Part shown: positions 1 to 9,900 of the stretch, piece after piece
Position numbering within the stretch: the stretch's first letter is position 1
Layout of the letters: every line of letters begins with the position of its first letter
Source of the DNA: an uncultured bacterium
GTDB taxonomy: Bacteria; CAYUVA01
Length of the DNA: 64,000 nt
Direction of reading: 5' to 3'
Assembly: GCA_964448115.1 (NCBI GenBank)
Contig: CAYUVA010000012.1
Coordinates: 7,769-71,768 of the forward strand
Notes under the pieces: generated by a model
The model's database searches: none
Told to the model about the DNA's origin: nothing
What the model saw: the letters and a program-made list of their open reading frames with translations, nothing else
Position numbers and translations under genes: made by a program

Positions 1-227
1 GGCAGCAACCTTGCTATTGATTAGCTCTTTGCCATATCCAAAAGCGCAAAGGAGCGTAAATAAATTCTCCTTATCATCAAAGAAGTAGAGGCGAGCTTTC
101 AGGCTAGGGACATTGGCAGCGAGGCATTCGAGGATAAGAAGCGTAATTTCCTTGATTTCCTTTACCGCATAGCGGTTTATCCCCTTGAGAAGCTCGATGA
201 ACCGTTCAGGTGATGTTGCCTTGTCTG
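1..227 (-). CDS. Hypothetical protein, N-terminal part only; the gene runs past the window start
   Basis: Minus-strand ATG (reverse complement of CAT at 225-227) opens a frame with no stop before the window edge (MTDKATSPERFIELLKGINRYAVKEIKEITLLILECLAAN...). It lies 34 nt downstream of, and on the same strand as, the HD-GYP gene. It is absent from the ORF track because it has no stop inside the window. Confidence 0.4.
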
Positions 228-261
228 TCATGGCATTAAACCTATTCCTCCAAGAGCGATA

Positions 262-1269
262 TTATACCTTAATTACCTTTTTTCGCACCAGTTCGAGAAA
301 TAGCTCAACAAGTGTAGGATCTAATTGGGTCCCCTTAACTCCCGACATTATCATAATGGCTTCCTGGTGATCGAATCCCTTGCGATAGGCTCGGTCGCTG
401 GTCAATGCATCATAGGTATCAGCAACAGCAATTATCCTCCCGCCGAGTGGAATATCTCCCCCGGAGAGCTTCATCGGGTACCCCTTGCCATCATATCGCT
501 CATGATGCGAAAGAATGGACTGCAGGATCTCCTTTTGGTTGATTATCGGCTTAAGGATGGTAACTGCTCTCTGTGGGTGCTGCTTCATGGCTTCGAATTC
601 CTCCTCGCTCAGGCGACCGTTTTTATTCAATATCGACTCGCTTACGCCGAATTTACCGATATCATGCAAAAATCCAGCGATCCTAAGATTTTCTAGCTTT
701 TTATTCTCGAATCCGAGCGCCTTTCCCATTGCCTCTGCAATGCCGGCGACCCGTTCGCTGTGTCCTCTAAGGTATGGATCGCGCGCCTCGATTATGTTTG
801 CATAGCTCAAGATAGAGCCGAGGAACATCTCTCGTATCTGCTGAGTCTTTTCCAATACCTTAAGTTCGAGATTCTCTCTGTATTCACGCAGCTCGATCTG
901 CAAGCTGCGTTTTTCAAGCACCCTTTTTACGGTTGTGGAAAGCTCGGTGAGGTTCAAAGGCTTGATCAGGTAATGCTCCGCGCCTCCCACAAGGCACTCG
1001 ATGGCTGTTTTTGTGTCAGACAAAGAGGTGATCATCACCACCGCCAGCTCCTCGTACTTTGGTTTTACCCTTTTGAGCAGCCATTTCCCATCATAATTGG
1101 GCATACGAATATCGAGCAGGACAAGTGCGACCGGCTCTTGCTCGATGATCTCCAAGCCTTCTTTGCCGTTGGAGGCTTGCAGCGTGGAGTATCCCTCGTC
1201 TTCGAGGAATTCGGCGATCGATTCCCTATAATCGATATCGTCCTCAACAAGTAATATGTATTCATCCAT
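262..1269 (-). CDS. Response regulator with N-terminal receiver domain and C-terminal HD-GYP domain (putative c-di-GMP phosphodiesterase, RpfG-like)
   Basis: Receiver motifs LLVEDD ... LVLLDIRMP ... YLIKP. HD-GYP motifs FLHDIGK and HHERYDGKGYP. AAGGAG RBS about 9 nt upstream of the ATG at 1269. Confidence 0.9.
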   Translation of the reverse strand: MDEYILLVEDDIDYRESIAEFLEDEGYSTLQASNGKEGLEIIEQEPVALVLLDIRMPNYDGKWLLKRVKPKYEELAVVMITSLSDTKTAIECLVGGAEHYLIKPLNLTELSTTVKRVLEKRSLQIELREYRENLELKVLEKTQQIREMFLGSILSYANIIEARDPYLRGHSERVAGIAEAMGKALGFENKKLENLRIAGFLHDIGKFGVSESILNKNGRLSEEEFEAMKQHPQRAVTILKPIINQKEILQSILSHHERYDGKGYPMKLSGGDIPLGGRIIAVADTYDALTSDRAYRKGFDHQEAIMIMSGVKGTQLDPTLVELFLELVRKKVIKV

Positions 1270-1377
1270 TATGCTCAGGCTCCTTGTTTTTAAGGATAAT
1301 CGGTCGAGTCAGGGGTGGATGTTAAGGGGCAAAGCCTACACTCACAACCAGCAGTGTACTAAACTCTCCATGTTTCC

Positions 1378-1407
1378 TTGACAATGCCATGGCTTATAGC
1401 CTATATA
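1378..1407 (+). promoter_or_regulatory. Candidate sigma-70 promoter for the downstream + strand signalling operon
   Basis: TTGACA (1378-1383), 18-nt spacer, TATATA (1402-1407), in the 227-bp divergent intergenic region upstream of the ORF starting at 1497. Confidence 0.3.
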
Positions 1408-1496
1408 TTATTGTAATAAAAAAATTTATCAAAGGGCTTATAACAAGGCAATCGCAACTAAATGCTTCTTGCTTAACTTAAAAAAGGAGGCAGCTT

Positions 1497-1793
1497 ATGA
1501 ATCAACACCAGAGGGCTATTATCCAGCAGCAGATGGATATCTTAAAAAAAAATATCCGAGGGGATGCAACCAGATATACCCTGCACGAATTCAAGAAGAA
1601 CCTGGTTCAATGGAAACAAACAACGCTAGATTGCCTGGAGGAAGCCTTCAAGGATGACAAGCAAGTCATCCACCAGTTTAACAAGCATTGGGAGAACATT
1701 GAGAGGATCAACTGGGATTCAGCACATAAGAACGAGATCCTGAAAAGTGTGATCTATAGAATGCATGAGTTTTTGACACAGCTAATTAGATAA
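1497..1793 (+). CDS. Small helical protein of 98 aa, first gene of the signalling operon; possibly a hemerythrin-like (HHE) domain
   Basis: Strong RBS AAGGAGG 6 nt upstream of the ATG. Several spaced His/Glu pairs (LHEF, HQFNKHWENIE, AHKNE, MHEF) resemble HHE cation-binding motifs. No other recognisable domain. Confidence 0.55.
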   Translation: MNQHQRAIIQQQMDILKKNIRGDATRYTLHEFKKNLVQWKQTTLDCLEEAFKDDKQVIHQFNKHWENIERINWDSAHKNEILKSVIYRMHEFLTQLIR

Positions 1794-1812
1794 GATCGGG
1801 CAGGTGAATTAC

Positions 1813-2973
1813 ATGTCTGAGGTTAGGAAAGCTCGTATCCTGATCGTTGATGATGATCATCATGTGCGAGAGATGCTTGAGGAGTTCTTTATCCTGGAGG
1901 GATTCGAGGTAGATACGGCGGTAGATGGCGAGGATGGCTATCAAAGGGCGACCGAGAAGGATTACGACCTGGTGATCTCAGACATCAAGATGCCGCGCAT
2001 GGATGGCATCAAGCTGCTGGAGAAGCTGAAAAGCTATGATGAAGAGCTGATCGTCATCCTGCTCACCGCTTACGCCGAGATGGACTCGGCTATCCAGGCT
2101 ATCAGGCTTGGCGCCAATGACTTCATCTTAAAGCCAATCGTCAGCTTCGATGCGCTATTGATCAGCATCGATAGGCTGCTGGAGAATAAAAGACTGAGAC
2201 AGGAAAATATCAGGCTGCTGGAGGATCTGAAGATAAAAAACGAGAAGTTACAAAAACAGTATCAAGAGCTTGAGCGCCTCCAGGAGCTGAAAAGAGACCT
2301 TACCGATATGATAGTCCACGATCTGAAAAGCCCCCTGGCAGCCCTGGTGGCGAGTATAGAGATGGACTTGAGAAACCTGGCTAAGGGGAAGCTGGATCGT
2401 TTGCCTGATCGCATGAAGAAGGAGCTGGAGATCTGCCGCAGCATGACCGACCAGATAACAAACCTTCTCGATATCGACAAGATGGAGGAAGGTAAGCTAA
2501 CCCCTAAGCTAGAAGACCATGATCTGATCGATATCATCCAGGAGAAGATCGACCTTCATAAAAATCAGGCACAGTCGCATGGGCTATATCTTAAGATGGA
2601 GGCGAGTTACGATTCTGTAAAGCTGCCGGTAGATAGATCGCTTATCGCCAGGGTGGTAGATAACCTGGTATTCAACGCCTTGAAACATACCACTAGCGGG
2701 GGAGTTACCGTAAAATTGAGCAGCGATAATGATAAAGTTAAAGTCAGCGTCATCGACACTGGTCCGGGAATAGAGAAGGAGCTTCACGAGCTTATCTTCC
2801 AAAAGTATGTTCAGGGTGAGAAAAGAGATGCGATCATGTCCCACAATACCGGGCTTGGATTGACCTTCTGCAAGATGGCAATAGAGGCACACGGCGGCAA
2901 GATCTGGGTGGAGAGTGAACTCGGCAAGGGAAGCAGCTTCATCTTTACTCTGCCGACAAAATCTGAAAATTAA
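1813..2973 (+). CDS. Hybrid histidine kinase with receiver domain first (REC-HisKA-HATPase_c)
   Basis: REC: ILIVDDDHHVREM ... LVISDIKMPRMDG ... FILKP. H-box: IVHDLKSPLAAL. ATPase G-boxes: GLGLTFCKMAIEAHGGKIWVESELGKGSSF. ATG at 1813 has AGGTGA 5 nt upstream. The ORF track starts at a GTG at 1804, which is an alternative. Confidence 0.9.
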   Translation: MSEVRKARILIVDDDHHVREMLEEFFILEGFEVDTAVDGEDGYQRATEKDYDLVISDIKMPRMDGIKLLEKLKSYDEELIVILLTAYAEMDSAIQAIRLGANDFILKPIVSFDALLISIDRLLENKRLRQENIRLLEDLKIKNEKLQKQYQELERLQELKRDLTDMIVHDLKSPLAALVASIEMDLRNLAKGKLDRLPDRMKKELEICRSMTDQITNLLDIDKMEEGKLTPKLEDHDLIDIIQEKIDLHKNQAQSHGLYLKMEASYDSVKLPVDRSLIARVVDNLVFNALKHTTSGGVTVKLSSDNDKVKVSVIDTGPGIEKELHELIFQKYVQGEKRDAIMSHNTGLGLTFCKMAIEAHGGKIWVESELGKGSSFIFTLPTKSEN

Positions 2974-2982
2974 TACAACTCG

Positions 2983-4158
2983 ATGACTGGAAACACCGAA
3001 CTAAATAAGCAAATTAAGGATAAGCGTACAGCTCAGCCCAAGTTACTCATCGTCGATGATAACCGCAGTTTCCTGGAGACCTGCGTGGAATTCTTCAGCG
3101 AGGAGGGTTTTACGGTAGATCAGGCGGCAAGCGGTAATGAAGCACTTAGCTTGCTCGCTGAGAGCAATTATGATGTGATCCTTTCCGATATCGCCATGCC
3201 GGGACTTAGCGGTATCGATCTTTTAGAGCATATAAGAAATCGGGGCATAGATACCCCCGTTATCCTGGTAACCGCTTATGGCTCCCTGGATACAGCAGTT
3301 AAGGCACTTAAACAAGGGGTATTCGACTTTATCCTCAAACCGGTCAACATGGAAGACCTGCTTATGCGGGTACAAAAGAGCCTGGAGTTCTCTTATCTTA
3401 TGCAAGAGAAGTTCGAGCTTTACGAGCAACTGCGCGAAAAGGAGAAGCAGGAACGAGCCAAGGATGAGTTCATATCCATAATCTCCCATGAGCTGAAGAC
3501 GCCGGTTACGATAATTCGTAACTATATAGAGGTTATCGAGGCGTTGCTTCAAAACGATAAGGATGATGAGAAGATCAAAATATTGAGTATAATCAAAGAT
3601 CAACTGGAGAGGCTTCGTCGTGATATTCACAACCTGCTCTTCTTTTCACAGGTCAGTTCCAGCGAGTATGAACCAGCGGTCAGCGAGGTCGAGCTATCCA
3701 AGCTGGTCGGCTCAGTGGTCGAAAACTACCGCAACCTGGCAAATGAAAAAAAACTACTATTAGCTGTTGAGATCGCTGAAGGGATATGGATGAAAGGGGA
3801 TGGACGGCTGCTGGAGATGATGATCTCCAACCTGGTAGATAATGCGATAAAATTCAGCCATGAGGGTACGATTCAAGTATCGCTAACCAGGCTGGGTGAT
3901 TCCATCAGGTTGATCGTCTCCGACCAGGGCATCGGCATCCCCTCCGAGTCGATCAGCAAGATCTTCGATCGCTTCAGCCAGCTCGATTCTCACATGACGC
4001 GAAGGCACACTGGGGCAGGGCTGGGGCTGGCAATAGTCAAAAACGCGGTGAACACACATAGGGGGAAGATAAAAGTGGATAGTAAGCCCGGCAAGGGAAC
4101 CACCTTTACGGTTACCCTACCTGTAGATAGGAGTAAGATAAATGGAATCAAAAGATAA
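2983..4158 (+). CDS. Hybrid histidine kinase with receiver domain first (REC-HisKA-HATPase_c), paralogue of the upstream gene
   Basis: REC: LLIVDDNRSF ... VILSDIAMPGLSG ... FILKP. H-box: ISHELKTPVTII. G-boxes: GAGLGLAIVKNAVNTHRGKIKVDSKPGKGTTF. Confidence 0.9.
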   Translation: MTGNTELNKQIKDKRTAQPKLLIVDDNRSFLETCVEFFSEEGFTVDQAASGNEALSLLAESNYDVILSDIAMPGLSGIDLLEHIRNRGIDTPVILVTAYGSLDTAVKALKQGVFDFILKPVNMEDLLMRVQKSLEFSYLMQEKFELYEQLREKEKQERAKDEFISIISHELKTPVTIIRNYIEVIEALLQNDKDDEKIKILSIIKDQLERLRRDIHNLLFFSQVSSSEYEPAVSEVELSKLVGSVVENYRNLANEKKLLLAVEIAEGIWMKGDGRLLEMMISNLVDNAIKFSHEGTIQVSLTRLGDSIRLIVSDQGIGIPSESISKIFDRFSQLDSHMTRRHTGAGLGLAIVKNAVNTHRGKIKVDSKPGKGTTFTVTLPVDRSKINGIKR

Positions 4159-4519
4159 ACGACAGATACTGATCCTGGATGATGAGTATCATCTGGCGCA
4201 ATCCACTGCCATAGTACTCAAGATGAAGGGATATAAGTGCGATATAGCCCTGGATGTAGATGAGGGTCTTGAGTTGATAAAGTCCAAGGAATACCAGCTT
4301 ATCCTGCTCGATATAATGCTGCCCGGTAAGGATGGCTGGCGCTTCCTGGAGCAGCTACGCAAGGATAATAAGAACAAGCATATAGCGGTGATCGCATTTA
4401 CGGCTAAGGAATATCTGAACATCGAGAAGCTGGTGAAAGAGAAGGGCTTGCAAGGTTTCTTGGCAAAGCCCTTTGAGCCGTCCGAACTTCTAGCTATCAT
4501 TCGCAAGGTATTAAAGTAG
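4142..4519 (+). CDS. Single-domain CheY-like response regulator receiver
   Basis: ILILDDEY ... LILLDIMLPGKDG ... FLAKPF. Overlaps the previous gene by 17 nt. GGAG RBS upstream. Confidence 0.9.
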   Translation: MESKDKRQILILDDEYHLAQSTAIVLKMKGYKCDIALDVDEGLELIKSKEYQLILLDIMLPGKDGWRFLEQLRKDNKNKHIAVIAFTAKEYLNIEKLVKEKGLQGFLAKPFEPSELLAIIRKVLK

Positions 4520-4534
4520 TGGAGTTTTTGAACC

Positions 4535-5560
4535 ATGAGCGATCAAAAGAGCATAAGCGACAGGATACTTGAAGTCTGCCAGATTCCATTGCTGGTGGTA
4601 GATGCTGACTGCAAGATGGTTTATCTGAATCCGGCTATGGATCAACTGGTCTCTCAGTGCGGGTTTGAGGATGACCTCGATGGCTTTATAGAGCGCATGA
4701 AAAAGCAGTTATCGATCTATATCAACGGTATTCTCGATGGACTCTTTGCGAAGTATAATAATAAGATCGACCTGTGTGATAGAGAACTCTTCGTGTCCCT
4801 TTTTTGCTTGGATGAGGATAAAAAGCAGGTTTTGCTCCAGGTAGAAGATCGAACAGGGATCAAGCAACAGGAGCGCTTTCGTTTCACCCAGATAGCTGAG
4901 CTGGTTCATAGACTTCGCTCGCCGCTGACCGCCATAAATATATCGATGAATATGCTCCAGGAGAGCAGGGGGGATCTATCCGAGGATGAGCAGAATACGC
5001 TAATAAGAAACGCCAGACAAGAAACCAAGCGTTTCATCGTACTATTGAACAACCTGCGAGATCTTTTATTGATCGAATCCGGAATCATGTCCAGCCAGAT
5101 AAATCTCGACGAATGCAATCTTAGGGATATCATCGACGATGCAATAGGAAGCCTGGAGGCTATAATAAAAGAAAAAGGTATCGAGCTATCCTACTCGCCG
5201 GAGCTTTTCGATCACCTGGTGATCACCGATCGCATGAGGCTCACCCAGGTGGTGGCTAACATACTCTCCAATGCGATGCAATTCTCGCCGAGAGGCTCTA
5301 CCGTGGGCATAAGCTGCTATGATGAGGAGGATCACCTGCGCATTACCGTCTCCGATCGCGGGATCGGCATCCCACAAAAGGAGCTAGCCTTCATATTCGA
5401 CAAGTTCTACCGGGGCAGTTCACCCGAGGTGCGCATGGTGCCTGGGGACGGCATCGGACTATATATCAGCAAACATCTGCTTCAGATATTAGGCGGGGAG
5501 ATAGAGGTGCTCTCTACATGGGGCAAGGGCACCCAGGTAGAGATTAAACTCTGGACATAA
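4535..5560 (+). CDS. Sensor histidine kinase (N-terminal PAS-like region, HisKA, HATPase_c), cytoplasmic
   Basis: H-box: LVHRLRSPLTAINISMNML. N/G-boxes: ILSNAMQFSP ... GDGIGLYISKHLLQILGGEIEVLSTWGKGTQV. No predicted TM segment. Confidence 0.88.
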   Translation: MSDQKSISDRILEVCQIPLLVVDADCKMVYLNPAMDQLVSQCGFEDDLDGFIERMKKQLSIYINGILDGLFAKYNNKIDLCDRELFVSLFCLDEDKKQVLLQVEDRTGIKQQERFRFTQIAELVHRLRSPLTAINISMNMLQESRGDLSEDEQNTLIRNARQETKRFIVLLNNLRDLLLIESGIMSSQINLDECNLRDIIDDAIGSLEAIIKEKGIELSYSPELFDHLVITDRMRLTQVVANILSNAMQFSPRGSTVGISCYDEEDHLRITVSDRGIGIPQKELAFIFDKFYRGSSPEVRMVPGDGIGLYISKHLLQILGGEIEVLSTWGKGTQVEIKLWT

Positions 5561-5573
5561 GAAGCATACCATT

Positions 5574-6965
5574 ATGAGTTTCAATATACTTATAGTTGAG
5601 CCAAAGACCAAGCACCGCGATTTACTACGCAATATGCTATTGCAATGGGGATATATGGTAAAGACGGCAAGCTCAGCCGAGGAGGCATTGGAGGAGATTC
5701 GCAGACAACAATTCTCCTTGGTTTTGGTAGATTATGATCAGCCCCAGGAGCGAGCCGCCATCACAAGTTCGCTGGACAAAAACCTTGCCGATTACTCGCT
5801 TTTTTATATTTCCGAGAAGGCAAAAGCCCCTGACATTGTGGATGGGTTAAAAAGCGGTGCGGATAACTTCTTCGTTCTCCCCCTGGACATAGACTCCTTT
5901 AAAAAGGCAGTCAGCGATATTTACCACAAACATAAAAAGAGCAAACATAGGAAACTGACCAAGCAGCGTCAACGGGAGGCTTATTCCATAGATAGCCTGA
6001 TCGGCTCCAGTAAGCCGATGATGGAGCTAAAAACTAAGCTGCGCAGGATATGCCAAAGCAAGGCTTCAACCGTCCTTATCACCGGCGATAGCGGGGTTGG
6101 CAAGGGGCTGGTCGCTCGCATCATCCACTACAACAGCGACCGAGCTGATCAACCATTCGTGGAGCTTAACTGCAGCGCTATACCCGAATCTTTGCTGGAG
6201 ATGGAACTATTCGGCTATGTGGAGGGCGCATTTACCGACGCGAAGAAGGACAAGAAGGGGCTTTTGGAGATCGCGGATCAAGGGAGTTTGTTCCTTGATG
6301 AGATCAGCGATATGCCGATGCTTCTCCAGGTCAAGCTGCTCAAAGCGATCGAGGAAAAGACCTTCCGTAAGCTCGGAGCCACCTCTGATGAGCTTGTTGA
6401 TGTGCGCATTATAACCGCAACCAATCGAGATCTAGGTGAACAGATCCGGTTGGGGAACTTTCGAGAGGATCTTTTCTATCGATTGAATGTTATTGGGCTT
6501 CACATTCCGCCCTTGAGGGAACGCCCCGAGGATATCGAGGAGTTGAGCTATCATTTTATTGAGAAATTCAATACGGAGTTTGGCCGCAATGTCAGTAGCC
6601 TTCATCCTCAAACGCTCAAGATCTTCAAAGAATATCACTGGAACGGTAATGTACGAGAGCTTTCCAACCTTATAGAAAGGATCATGCTACTGGAGGAGAT
6701 AGAGACTATAACCCCGGATGTACTTCCCAAGGAGATGCTAAAGGCAACAGGATACACCGCATCAGCTTTTGATAGCGGCAAAAAGCACTTTTTCGAGCTG
6801 CCCAAGGATGGAATTTCGCTTGAGGAGGTGGAGAAAGATCTAATTGCACAGGCGGTAAAGCGTGCCGGTGGCAATATCGCCGAGGCATGCCGGCTGCTAG
6901 GGCTTAGTCGTGAGACTTTGCGCTATCGGATAAAAAAATACAACATTGAGGTGCAGCGCAGGTAG
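5574..6965 (+). CDS. Sigma-54-dependent transcriptional activator (NtrC-family enhancer-binding protein) with an atypical N-terminal receiver
   Basis: AAA+ sigma-54 interaction domain: Walker A TGDSGVGKG, GAFTDA (GAFTGA variant), LFLDEISDM, FREDLFYRLNV. C-terminal Fis-type HTH: AGGNIAEACRLLGLSRETLRYRIKKY. The receiver keeps the LVLVD Asp but lacks the acidic DD pair and the KP motif. Confidence 0.92.
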   Translation: MSFNILIVEPKTKHRDLLRNMLLQWGYMVKTASSAEEALEEIRRQQFSLVLVDYDQPQERAAITSSLDKNLADYSLFYISEKAKAPDIVDGLKSGADNFFVLPLDIDSFKKAVSDIYHKHKKSKHRKLTKQRQREAYSIDSLIGSSKPMMELKTKLRRICQSKASTVLITGDSGVGKGLVARIIHYNSDRADQPFVELNCSAIPESLLEMELFGYVEGAFTDAKKDKKGLLEIADQGSLFLDEISDMPMLLQVKLLKAIEEKTFRKLGATSDELVDVRIITATNRDLGEQIRLGNFREDLFYRLNVIGLHIPPLRERPEDIEELSYHFIEKFNTEFGRNVSSLHPQTLKIFKEYHWNGNVRELSNLIERIMLLEEIETITPDVLPKEMLKATGYTASAFDSGKKHFFELPKDGISLEEVEKDLIAQAVKRAGGNIAEACRLLGLSRETLRYRIKKYNIEVQRR

Positions 6966-6970
6966 GTTAC

Positions 6971-9900
6971 TTGCTCAATAACCGACCTGGCTTGCACTTA
7001 TTCTATTATAGCTTGACCGAGAAGCAAAAAAAATCCGAATCCCTCCAGGAGTTGGTCAGCTCATTCGTGCCCGAGCACATATTACCCTACCTATCTGAGC
7101 AGAGGCTGCTCACCTTCAAGGGTGAACGAAGGCGGCTTAGCATCCTTTTCGCTGATATCAGCGGTTTCACCAGCCTCTCCGAGCAGCTTGATCCTGAACA
7201 GGTCATCGGCCTGGTCAACCAATTCTTCCTGCGGGTAATCGAGATCTCACGAAGCAAGCTCGGTGTGGTCGATAAATTCTTAGGCGATGCTGCCCTTATA
7301 ATTTTTGGCGCCAGTAGATATACCGGATTAGAGTCGGTACTGGCAATCAAGACCGCATTGGAGCTTGTAAGGATGGTGGAAAGCGAAAAATTCACCATCT
7401 TGAACAGCTCTGAACCGATAAAAATCGGAATCAAGGTAGGAATTAACACCGGCAGAGTAGTTGCCGGTATCGTGGGAGGTAAACACAAGCGGGAATATAC
7501 AGTCATCGGAGACGAGGTAAACCTGGCTTCTCGCATAGAAGATCTGGCTCAAACCGGTGAGATACTTGTAAGCCACCAGACCATGCTGGAAGCAAAAGAT
7601 CACTTCGAGTTCGAGGACCTGGGGTACAAAAAGCTCAAGGGTAAATCAGAGCCTTTGCGCATATACAAGGTGCTTGGCAGCAAGAAAATAGGGAAAGTCA
7701 TCGAAAAAAAGCGCCAGCTTTTCAGGTTCGTGGATAGAGAGAAGGAGATCGCTTCCTTCGAGGAACTTCTAAGATCCGATAATAAAAGCATCCGATCGGT
7801 TGCGGTAACCGGCGATACCGGCATCGGTAAGACCGAATTGATCGGCAAGCTGAGAGACAAGTTGCAACAGGTCAACTACCAGATATTTGAGGCTGGTGGA
7901 CAAGGCTGGTGGGGGGAGACTGTGCTTGCGCCTGTAAGGGCTGTCTTCAGGCAACTATTGAAGACGCAAGAGGTGCCCCTGGATAGGCTCAAGGAATACC
8001 TGGATGAAGCATTAGCTGCCATAGCGGATAAAACATGGCATAAGCAGGCAGACCGCGAGGTATCAAAGGAGTTAATAAATGATCCCAACATCGAGGATCT
8101 ATTATTCTTCTTGTGCAGCCATACCGATAACTATTCGCTGATCGAGCACCTGGGTTCTAGCCGACTGAGGGAGAATATACTCGCTTTATTATCTCTTGTC
8201 GCAAGCGCTAAAAGCCATGAAGCTCCTATATCATTTATATTCGATGATCTGGAGGGTTACGATTCATTGAGTGTGGAGGTTATATCCGATCTTGTGGCAA
8301 GTCGGGCAATTGAAGGCGCCATCATTATACTCGGCTATGAGAGATCATATTTCAAGGCTGATTTGCTGAATAATAGATGCGACCTGGTGCTGGTGCTAAA
8401 GCCTTTGGAGCCGGGGATGCTTCGCGCCGCTGCCTCGATGTTTGTCAAAAAGCATCCCCAAGTAAGCCCGATCATGAACAGGATCATCCAGGCATCTGGT
8501 GGCATACCCCTGGTATTCAAGGAGATGCTCAATGCGCTAGCGCAACAGCCCGCTGAATCACTGGAAAAGGCATCAACCTCGCTACTGGGAGATCTGCAAG
8601 GCTCCCAGGCGCTGGAACAGGTAGCGCTGAGCCGTTTCGATGCCCTATCGGTTCTACAAAAAGACATCATCCGCTTTGCCTCTATCTTGGATGCTCCCTT
8701 CTCGATAGATCTAATTGCACGATTTTTCCCGTTCGACAAGGAGCTTGTGCATGATGAGATCAAACTGCTTGCCGATCGAGGTTTCTTTACAACAAGTCAA
8801 AGTCCAAGCGGGCAGGTTGTGTATAAACTTGCTCGACCATTCTTCGCTGATGCGATCTATCAAACCATCCTAAAGGATCAGAGAAGGGAAATGCATCAAA
8901 AGATAGCCGATACCCTTGAATCGTTGAGCTACCATGATCCTAATCGAAGCAATAGAAGCCTGGCTCTACATTTTCACCATGCAGGCATCGACCACAAGGC
9001 ATATTACTATCTGCTGGATCTGGCAGAGTCCTTAAGCAGCGTCGATGCACACCGAGAAGCTATCGAATACCTCGAATTGGCTGGCATGCACCTTCCAGGT
9101 TCACCATCAGATAAGGCTAATGAACGGGCGCGCTTGAACCTGAAGCTGGGGAGTTCTTACGAGGCTTTGGGAATGTGGGACAAGGCACAAAATATATACC
9201 TGGAGACGGTAGCGATATTCCGAGATGCCAAAGACATAAACGAGATAACCGCCAAGGCTTACGCCAGCCTGGGGAGCATCCTGATAAACAAGGGCGAATG
9301 GAAGGCTGCCCAAAGTTACCTGGATAAGGCAAATTCATATTATATCGAAAAGGAAGACCTGGAGGGCATGTTCAATACCTACAACCAAAGGGGTATCCTA
9401 GAGATACAACAGGGGAATCTGGAGGCGGGATTCGGCTTCTTCAACAAAGCGCTTGAATGCGGCCAAAGACTGAAGGATCCCCGGCTACAGTCATCAGCCT
9501 TGGTCAATCTCGGCATAGCCTATAATATTTCCGGCAAGCGCAAGGATGCGATTGCTGCATATCTGAAGTCGCTGCCGCTGTTCGAGTTTATGGGCGATTT
9601 CAATGCCATAGCCCGCACCTACCATAATCTTGGCATGACCTACCGGGACCTGAAAAGATTCAAAGATGCAGAGAACTATTACAGAAAGGCTCTGGAGATC
9701 CTGCGCCGTTGTATGGATTATCATCTGTCAGGAATGACCTACATGAACCTCTCTGATGCATTAGGCGAGCAGGGAGACACTCGTGCTGCACTAAGCTTCA
9801 ATGAGCGCGCCGAGCAATTTCTTATGCGCGTCGGCGATGAGCTTGCCCTGGCGGACTGTAGGAGGATAAAGGGCAAGATACTCCACAAGGCAGGAAAGAA

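Noticed and set aside
325-1265. ORF-track frames 325-696, 515-805, 760-1254 (+) and 1065-1265 (-), all inside the HD-GYP gene
   Set aside because: They overlap a well-supported response regulator gene (on the opposite strand for the + frames, in a different reading frame for 1065-1265), have no domains and no RBS. The same applies to the many other short internal frames listed throughout the window.
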